Positions 42,323 to 48,556 of a DNA stretch of 48,556 nucleotides are shown piece after piece. A program made the translations under genes and the position numbers. The notes under the pieces are model-generated. The model saw only the letters and a list, made by a program, of their open reading frames with translations. It was not told the DNA's origin and did not search any database. Numbering within the stretch: the stretch's first letter is position 1; each line of letters starts with the position of its first letter. Source of the stretch: Gemmatimonadales bacterium (GTDB lineage: Bacteria > Gemmatimonadota > Gemmatimonadetes > Gemmatimonadales > GWC2-71-9); contig JAUYMC010000375.1 in the NCBI GenBank assembly GCA_030699545.1, positions 1 to 48,556 of the forward strand, read 5' to 3'.

Positions 42323-43430
42323 GGACTTCGAGCGGTTCGGCCGCGAGCTTCCGCGCGACTTCGCCGGCCACGTGCGCGATGCGTATCGCATCGACCTGTC
42401 GGCGCGCTACCTCGGCCGCACGATCCCGCATCCCATCGGGAAGGGCTCGGGCCAGCTGTCGCTCAATCCGGGACAGCTCGAGACCGACGCCGACGCGGGG
42501 CTCGCGTTCGCGGTGCTCAAGACGGTCATCGCGCAGGACGCGGGTGGCGTCCAATCGATGGCGGCGTGGGCGATCCACGAGACCAAGATGAAAGTCGAGC
42601 GGCGCGGCGACGGCTGGACCGTCACCTGGAAGGGCAGGGGCTGGGACCGCTCCTTCGACGACTACCTCGCGCTGGTGCGCGCGGCGCGCGACCTCGGCCG
42701 CGCCGGACTCCTGCTCGCCGTGCCGTCGGTGAAGTACCATCTGCCGCGTCTGCACGAGCCGTTTCGCGACGCCGAGTACGCGTTCACGACGCGCGCATTG
42801 GCCGACGCGTGGGGCGAGTCGCCGCTCCTCGTCGAGCAGGATTTCTCGCCGACACTCGCGGGGGATCCGCTCGCTGATGAGCAGGCGCACATTCTGCGCT
42901 GGCTGCAGGAGGCGCCCGACCGCATCCGGGCGCAGGCGCCGGTTCGGCTGGCGATGAAGCTCATGAATGCGCGCTTCGACGATGCCTTTCAGCTCGAGAT
43001 GATGGAAGCCGCGCGCGGCGCCGACGCGCTCGTCGTCTTCAATCGACTATTCGATCCCGTCGCGAACGTGGCGTACGGGGGCGGGGAATTGAGCGATCGC
43101 AATCTGCGGGTGTTGCAGGCCGTCGGACCGTCAGGTCCTCGGGCCGTCGATCTGTGCGGCACCGGCAACATCCACACCGGCCGCCTGATCCTCGAGTACG
43201 CGCGGCGCCGCTGCTCGTCGGTCCAACTCCACACCTGCTTCCAGCTCCCGCTCGAGGAGTATCCCGCCGCGGCGGGATCGCGGACGCAGCGCGCCCTCCA
43301 CGCGCTCGTGTTCCATCCCCGCGACGGGCTCATCGCCGGCTTGCTCGCGCTCGAGGCGCAGGGTGTCGTGTCGCGCCGCGACGGGGAGCTGCACTTTCTC
43401 GATATCGTCGATGCACATCGCGCGCGCTGA
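42288..43430 (+). CDS. Dihydroorotate-dehydrogenase-family (flavin TIM-barrel)-like protein, divergent
   Basis: HPIGKGSGQ, VLKTV, PVRLAMKL, GGELSDRNL and LCGTGNIHTG...SSVQLHT follow the DHOD/DPD barrel order. ATG at 42288 overlaps the upstream gene by 35 nt. Confidence 0.6.
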   Translation: MRSSGSPALLAKDFERFGRELPRDFAGHVRDAYRIDLSARYLGRTIPHPIGKGSGQLSLNPGQLETDADAGLAFAVLKTVIAQDAGGVQSMAAWAIHETKMKVERRGDGWTVTWKGRGWDRSFDDYLALVRAARDLGRAGLLLAVPSVKYHLPRLHEPFRDAEYAFTTRALADAWGESPLLVEQDFSPTLAGDPLADEQAHILRWLQEAPDRIRAQAPVRLAMKLMNARFDDAFQLEMMEAARGADALVVFNRLFDPVANVAYGGGELSDRNLRVLQAVGPSGPRAVDLCGTGNIHTGRLILEYARRRCSSVQLHTCFQLPLEEYPAAAGSRTQRALHALVFHPRDGLIAGLLALEAQGVVSRRDGELHFLDIVDAHRAR

Positions 43431-44541
43431 GCTGCACGAGCTGGTGCTGCCGCTGGTCGAGCCGTTCGTCATCTCCGGCGGCGTGATCGAGGAACGCCGC
43501 TCGCTGATCGTCGTCCTGCACGACGACGCGGGACACAGCGGGTACGGCGAGTCACCGCCGTTTCACCTTCCGTTCTATTCAGAAGAGACGCTCGCCGGCG
43601 CGCGCGACCTGATCGCCCGCGTTCTCCTCCCGCGCGTAACCGGAAAGGAATTCGCCTCACCGGAGGCGGTGGACGCCGCGGTGCGGGAGGGCATCCGCGG
43701 GAACTGGTTTGCGCGCGCCGGGGTCGAGACCGCGGCCTGGGATCTCGAGGCGCACGCCCGCGGTTCGGGCCTCGCGACGCTCCTCGGTGAGCGGGTGGAC
43801 GTGACCCCGGCGGGCAGCGTGGACTGCGGCGTCGCGCTCGGCATCCCCCCCAACCGCGATGCGGCCGTCCTGACCCGCTGGGTCCGCGACGCGGTGGAAC
43901 GCGGGTACCGCCGGGTGAAGATCAAAGTGGCGCCCGGATGGGACCGCGCGGCGGTGGCCGCCGCGCGGGCGGGCCTCGGGCGCGCCGATCTCCCGCTCAC
44001 GGTCGACGCCAACGGCGCCTACGAGTGGCCCCGCGACGAAGCGGCGCTGCGCGCCCTCGACGACGCCGGCCTGCTCTACATCGAGCAGCCGCTCGCCCCC
44101 GACGAGCTGGTAGGCCATGCGCGCCTCAGCCAGGCGCTGCGGACGCCCGTCTGCCTCGATGAAACGCTGCGCGACGCCCGGGCGGCCCGTCAGGTCATGG
44201 CGCTGGGCGGCCCCAAGGTCTGGAACATCAAGGTGCACCGCGTCGGCGGGCTGACGGAGGTCTGTCGCATCTACCGCCTGGCCGAGGAGTATGGGGCCGA
44301 GCTGTGGGGCGGGACGATGCCCGAGTCGGGGATCGGCTCGCAGGCCGTGCTGGCGGCCGCCGCGTTGCCCCGCTTCGTCTACCCCTCCGATCTCGAGCCC
44401 TCCAGCCGCTGGTTCGGACGTAACGGCGACGTCATCAAGCTCACCATGGGACGGGACGGCCGGATGGCGGTGCCGCGACAGTCCTGCGCGCGGCTGCTGG
44501 ACCCGGGGCGGTTCCGGGTCTTGACCACACCTATACCTTAG
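43411..44541 (+). CDS. Enolase-superfamily racemase/epimerase (OSBS / N-acylamino-acid racemase / dipeptide epimerase-like)
   Basis: KIKV (KxK), DANGAY, YIEQPL, CLDETL and NIKVHRVGG supply the two Lys bases and three metal ligands. ATG at 43411 overlaps the upstream gene by 20 nt. Confidence 0.8.
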   Translation: MHIARAELHELVLPLVEPFVISGGVIEERRSLIVVLHDDAGHSGYGESPPFHLPFYSEETLAGARDLIARVLLPRVTGKEFASPEAVDAAVREGIRGNWFARAGVETAAWDLEAHARGSGLATLLGERVDVTPAGSVDCGVALGIPPNRDAAVLTRWVRDAVERGYRRVKIKVAPGWDRAAVAAARAGLGRADLPLTVDANGAYEWPRDEAALRALDDAGLLYIEQPLAPDELVGHARLSQALRTPVCLDETLRDARAARQVMALGGPKVWNIKVHRVGGLTEVCRIYRLAEEYGAELWGGTMPESGIGSQAVLAAAALPRFVYPSDLEPSSRWFGRNGDVIKLTMGRDGRMAVPRQSCARLLDPGRFRVLTTPIP

Positions 44542-44546
44542 GCGCG

Positions 44547-45008
44547 ATGACCCGACCTCCTGCCGACTACTGGGCCACGCACCTCTACCTCAGTCCGCGC
44601 CAGCGGCCCAAAGCGGATCAGCCGATCCGGGATTTGCCGACCCGGGCCGCGCAGCGGTTCAAGAAGGCCCGCGAAGAGATCCGCAGCCTGCGCCATGTCA
44701 CCGAGCAGGTCGTCTACCTCGGCACCGTCTGGAAGTGGGTGTGGATGTACGAGGTGGGGGGGCGCAAGCTCGGCTATCTCCATCCGATGTCGTCGGGCGT
44801 GAGCGGCACGTTCGTGCTGACGGATCTCGAGGAGCAGGAGATCAGCGCGACCAATGGACTGCCGCGCATCGTCAAACAAGCGGTGAAGGACGGCGTCATG
44901 TCGGGCGCCGTACGGCAGTGTTGGATGGAGTTTCCCGATTTGGACGCCGTCTCCGCATTTGTGGACGTCGTCCGCCTGAAATACCAGCTGCTCGCGCGGC
45001 CCGAATGA
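44547..45008 (+). CDS. Hypothetical protein (153 aa)
   Basis: ORF with high GC3 starting 5 nt after the enolase-family gene. No motif I can assign confidently. Confidence 0.55.
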   Translation: MTRPPADYWATHLYLSPRQRPKADQPIRDLPTRAAQRFKKAREEIRSLRHVTEQVVYLGTVWKWVWMYEVGGRKLGYLHPMSSGVSGTFVLTDLEEQEISATNGLPRIVKQAVKDGVMSGAVRQCWMEFPDLDAVSAFVDVVRLKYQLLARPE

Positions 45009-45114
45009 CGCCTTGTGCGGCCTTTGCCGCCCTGCATACATTCGGGGGCCCGGAAACAGCCCACAGCGCCGTACCAATACCAAGCCATCGAGGGACGATC
45101 TGCGTTTAGCCGGG

Positions 45115-45654
45115 ATGGTGGTGCCGCTGGTCCTCGCTCTCCCCGGGGCGGGAGCGCTCGCGGCGCAGACGGGCAATCAGCGCGCCCAGGCACCGGTCAT
45201 CAGTGACACGGCGGATCTCGACGGTCCCCGCCAGCCGATCTTTTTTCGCCACGACGTGCACAGCGGCCAGGATCAGATCCCCTGCATGTATTGCCACTAC
45301 TCGGTCGCCGTCTCCAGCGAGCCCGGCATTCCCTCGCTGCAGACCTGCATCGGGTGCCATCAGCTGATCGGCGGCTCCACGCCGTCGCATCAAGCCGAAA
45401 TCAAGAAAGTCCGCGACGCCTGGCGCGAGCGGAAACCGCCGGAATGGATCCGTATCCACGCCGTCCCCGGGTTCGTCCGGTTCCCGCATCAGCGTCACAT
45501 CAAGGCCCTCGGTCTCCAGTCCTGCACCAAGTGTCACGGCGACGTCCAGCGCATGCCGCAGGTCTACCAGGTGTCCACACTGCGCATGGGATGGTGCGTC
45601 CGCTGCCATGTCGAAAACAAAGTCAGCCGGGACTGCACGGTATGCCACTACTAG
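45115..45654 (+). CDS. actA: Alternative complex III subunit ActA, pentahaem cytochrome c
   Basis: Five CxxCH motifs (CMYCH, CIGCH, CTKCH, CVRCH, CTVCH). Signal-like N-terminus from ATG 45115. Directly upstream of an ActB-type gene. Confidence 0.8.
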   Translation: MVVPLVLALPGAGALAAQTGNQRAQAPVISDTADLDGPRQPIFFRHDVHSGQDQIPCMYCHYSVAVSSEPGIPSLQTCIGCHQLIGGSTPSHQAEIKKVRDAWRERKPPEWIRIHAVPGFVRFPHQRHIKALGLQSCTKCHGDVQRMPQVYQVSTLRMGWCVRCHVENKVSRDCTVCHY

Positions 45655-45670
45655 GCGGACGCGCACGGAC

Positions 45671-48556
45671 ATGACCCCCCCCGAGACGATCGATCGCCGG
45701 CGATTCCTCCAGGTGCTGGGCGTCACGGGGACGGGCGCCGCGGCGCTGTCGGCCTGCGGCATCGGCGCCGAGCCGACGGAAAAGCTGATCCCCTACCTGA
45801 TCCAACCCGAGGATCAGATCCCCGGCATCGCGACGTACTACGCCTCCACCTGCCGGGAATGCACGGCCGGCTGCGGCCTGCACGTCCGTGTTCGCGAAGG
45901 CCGCGCGGTCAAACTCGAAGGCAACCCCGACTCGCCGGTCAACCGCGGCCGGCTGTGCGCGCGCGGCCAGGCCGCGCTCCAGGGACTCTACAATCCCGAT
46001 CGCGTGCGTGCGCCGCTCGCGCGCAACGCCGCCGGCGGGTTCGACCCGATCACGTGGGACGAGGCGATCGGGCGGCTCCAGTCGCGCATCGCCGCGGCGC
46101 GCGGACGCGGGGTCGTCTTCCTGGCGGGCGCGGAAGCGTCGTCGCTCGGCGATCTCGTGGATGAATGGATGGCACAGGTCGGCGGCCGCCGCGTGAGCTA
46201 CGAGCCCTTTGGATTCGAAGCGCTCCGCGCCGGCAATCGCCTGGCGTTCGGCACGGCGGCCATTCCCTGGTACGACTTCGCCAACGCCAGATATGTGATG
46301 TCGTTCGGCGCGGACTTCCTCGATACGTGGGTCTCGCCCGTCGCCTTCCAGAACGGCTTCGCCCGCGCGCACGCCTTCGACGCCTCGCGCGCCGCCTCGA
46401 TGGCCAAGTTCGTCTACGTGGGGCCGCGCCAGTCGCTCACCGGCATGAATGCCGACGAGTGGATCGCCGCCACGCCGGGCACCGAAGGGCTGCTCGCCCT
46501 GGCCATGGCGCAGGTGATCGCGAGCCGGCGCCTCGCTCCCGCGGCCGCCGACGCCGGCCGTCTGAGCGACGTGCTCGGACGCCACACCCCGAACGCCGTC
46601 GCGGAAATGGTGGGCATCGAGCCGGCGGTGATCGTCCGCCTGGCGACGGAATTCGCCGCGGCGCGCGGCGGCCTGGCGGTGGCGGGCGGCATCGCGGCCC
46701 ACTACGCCAACGGCGCCGAGATCGTCGCCGCGGTCAACGTCCTGAACTACGTGGCGGGCGCGATCGGCTCCCTCATCCAGTTCGGCCAGGACGTCGCCGC
46801 CGGATCGAGCGGGAGCTTCGGGGACGTGGCGTCGCTCACGGCCGACATGGCCGCCGGCCGGTTGAGCGGCGGCGTCGTCCTGGTGCATGGCGCGAACCCG
46901 GCGCATTCTCTCCCCGGGGCGTTCACCCAGGCGCTCGCGAAAGTAGGCTTCACGGTCAGCTTCTCGTCGTACCTGGACGAGACCGCGGCGGCCTGCGATC
47001 TCGTGCTCCCCGATCACCACCCGCTCGAGCAGTGGGCCGACAGCCGCCCCCGCGCCGGCGTGCAGGCGCTGCAGCAACCCGTGGTGCAGGCGGTGTTCGA
47101 CACCCGCCATACGGGCGACGTGCTGCTGCGCGTGGCGGAGCGGCCCGGCACGTTCCTCGACTATCTCCAGGGGCAATGGCGTGAGGTCCAGCGCCGCGCC
47201 GGCGGTCCCGCGAGAAGCTTCGAGCTGTTCTGGCAGGAAGCGGTGCAGCGGGGCGGCGTGTTCAGCGATCCGCCTGCTCCGCCGCGCGGCATGCGCCTCA
47301 CCGATGCCGTCACCACCCTCGGCGTCGCCGCGCCCTCAGACCCCCGGGCCGGCGACGACGACCATACCGTCGTCGTCTTCCCGCATCCCGTGCTGCATGA
47401 TGGGCGCGGCGCCAACAAGCCGTGGCTCCAGGAGCTGCCCGATCCGGTGTCCAAGATCACCTGGCACGGCTGGGTCGAGGTGCATCCGGAGAGCGCCGCC
47501 GGTTGGGGCCTGGCGACCGGCGACTTCGTCTTGCTCAAGTCGCCCTACGGCGCCGTGAAGGCGCCCGTCTGGATTACGGCGACGGTCCGCCCCGACGTCC
47601 TCGCGGTCCCGACGGGGCAGGGGCACGCCGCCTACGGCCGCTATGCCAAGGACCGCTCGTTCAACGCCTTCGAGCTGCTGGGCGCGCAGACCAACGCGTA
47701 CGGCGGCCGCACGTTCGTCGTCCGCGCCAGCCTCACCAAGACCGGCGAGCACCGCCGCATGGCATCGACCGAAGGCAGTCCGCGCGAGCGCGGCAAGGGA
47801 TCGGTCGAAGTGCTGAGCGTAGCGCGGGCGGGGGCGCTCAAGCCGGGCGAGCATCCCTTCCATCATGAGGAGACACCGGAATACGCCGCCGAGGCGGTCG
47901 AGTGGTGGGCCGACCGGCAGTTCGAACAGGCGGAGCTGGGCGACTACGCGGGCCAGCAGCCGCGCTGGGGCATGGCGATCGATCTGTCCAAGTGCACGGG
48001 CTGCTCCGCCTGCGTCACCGCCTGCTACGCCGAGAACAACCTCGCGACCGTCGGTGAAGAGCTCGTGTCGCGCGGCCGCGAGATGTCGTGGATGCGGATC
48101 GAGCGCTACTGGCTCACCGACGATCACGGCACGCCGCAGGGCGCCGTCAGCTCGCCGATGTTATGCCAGCAGTGCGGCAACGCGCCGTGCGAGCCGGTTT
48201 GTCCGGTGTACGCGGCCTATCACACGCCCGACGGGCTGAACGGCCAGGTCTACAACCGCTGCGTCGGCACGCGCTATTGCGCGAACAACTGCCCCTACAA
48301 AGTTCGCTACTACAACTGGTTCAACTTCGCCGAGCCGGACGGCGCGTGGGAAGCGTGGCCCGAGCCGCTCCCCATGCTGCTCAATCCCGACGTCACGGTG
48401 CGCGAGAAGGGCGTGATGGAGAAGTGCACCTTCTGCGTGCAGCGGATCCGCGGCGCGCAAAATGACGCGCGCCTCGAGGACCGCAACGTGCGGGACGGCG
48501 AGATCGTCCCCGCCTGCGCGCAGTCGTGTCCCTCCGAGGCGATCGTGTTCGGCGAT
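45671..48556 (+). CDS. actB: Alternative complex III subunit ActB (molybdopterin-oxidoreductase-like domain fused to a 4Fe-4S ferredoxin-like domain), 3' partial
   Basis: Not in the ORF track because there is no stop before the window end; I translated it by hand from ATG 45671. Tat signal DRRRFLQVLG. CRECTAGCG...RGRLCARGQ. Downstream Fe-S motifs CTGCSACVTAC, CQQCGNAPCEPVCP, CVGTRYCANNCPY and CAQSCPSEAIVFGD, in frame to base 48556. Confidence 0.85.
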   Translation, partial: MTPPETIDRRRFLQVLGVTGTGAAALSACGIGAEPTEKLIPYLIQPEDQIPGIATYYASTCRECTAGCGLHVRVREGRAVKLEGNPDSPVNRGRLCARGQAALQGLYNPDRVRAPLARNAAGGFDPITWDEAIGRLQSRIAAARGRGVVFLAGAEASSLGDLVDEWMAQVGGRRVSYEPFGFEALRAGNRLAFGTAAIPWYDFANARYVMSFGADFLDTWVSPVAFQNGFARAHAFDASRAASMAKFVYVGPRQSLTGMNADEWIAATPGTEGLLALAMAQVIASRRLAPAAADAGRLSDVLGRHTPNAVAEMVGIEPAVIVRLATEFAAARGGLAVAGGIAAHYANGAEIVAAVNVLNYVAGAIGSLIQFGQDVAAGSSGSFGDVASLTADMAAGRLSGGVVLVHGANPAHSLPGAFTQALAKVGFTVSFSSYLDETAAACDLVLPDHHPLEQWADSRPRAGVQALQQPVVQAVFDTRHTGDVLLRVAERPGTFLDYLQGQWREVQRRAGGPARSFELFWQEAVQRGGVFSDPPAPPRGMRLTDAVTTLGVAAPSDPRAGDDDHTVVVFPHPVLHDGRGANKPWLQELPDPVSKITWHGWVEVHPESAAGWGLATGDFVLLKSPYGAVKAPVWITATVRPDVLAVPTGQGHAAYGRYAKDRSFNAFELLGAQTNAYGGRTFVVRASLTKTGEHRRMASTEGSPRERGKGSVEVLSVARAGALKPGEHPFHHEETPEYAAEAVEWWADRQFEQAELGDYAGQQPRWGMAIDLSKCTGCSACVTACYAENNLATVGEELVSRGREMSWMRIERYWLTDDHGTPQGAVSSPMLCQQCGNAPCEPVCPVYAAYHTPDGLNGQVYNRCVGTRYCANNCPYKVRYYNWFNFAEPDGAWEAWPEPLPMLLNPDVTVREKGVMEKCTFCVQRIRGAQNDARLEDRNVRDGEIVPACAQSCPSEAIVFGD

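Noticed and set aside
1-48556. Search for tRNA, rRNA, CRISPR repeats, transposase/integrase genes, prophage or toxin-antitoxin pairs.
   Set aside because: Intergenic space is minimal. The few gaps (13025-13053, 14339-14395, 16665-16980, 17479-17562, 45009-45114) show no cloverleaf-compatible or repeat-spacer structure, and no ORF has recombinase or transposase motifs. Covariance-model scans (tRNAscan-SE, Infernal/Rfam) would be the definitive check.

Overview
Very GC-rich (about 70% by eye), gene-dense bacterial chromosomal window. I call about 40 protein-coding genes. Many are translationally coupled through ATGA/GTGA-type 4-nt overlaps. I could not support any rRNA, tRNA, CRISPR array, transposase or integrase. 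An alternative complex III operon (actA, actB) at the 3' end, DUF4402-type secreted proteins and very high third-position GC suggest a Gemmatimonadota-like or similar lineage; this is a weak inference. Gene order: a PIG-L/LmbE deacetylase; a ferric-type ABC importer coupled to an MFS pump and a secreted NPP-type phosphodiesterase; an unknown helical protein plus an ABC-2 exporter; a Ser/Thr-signalling neighbourhood (tandem pseudokinase-kinase, a hidden Arg-rich repeat ORF, a YdjM-like membrane hydrolase, a double-FHA/TM/coiled-coil/trypsin-like protease); a chaperone-usher-like fibre locus with three DUF4402-like subunits, one PapD-like chaperone and an atypical 850-aa usher-like protein; a hybrid histidine kinase; a glycan/mannoside salvage neighbourhood (PGI-like, GH38, esterase, peptide-type ABC parts, GHMP kinase, heparinase II/III-like protein with a CBM9-like tail); housekeeping-type genes (SpoU methyltransferase, class-III aminotransferase, Yip1); and a six-gene coupled operon of unassigned catabolic enzymes. 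The best candidate for an undescribed system is the fibre locus at 16.3-21.9 kb. The next candidates are the STK/FHA-protease module with its antisense-overlapping [D/E]RR hexad-repeat ORF, and the six-gene operon at 38.7-44.5 kb. Most other ORFs in the six-frame track are Arg/Ala/Gly/Pro-rich shadow ORFs typical of high-GC DNA. All family assignments come from motifs read by eye and need HMM or structure confirmation.
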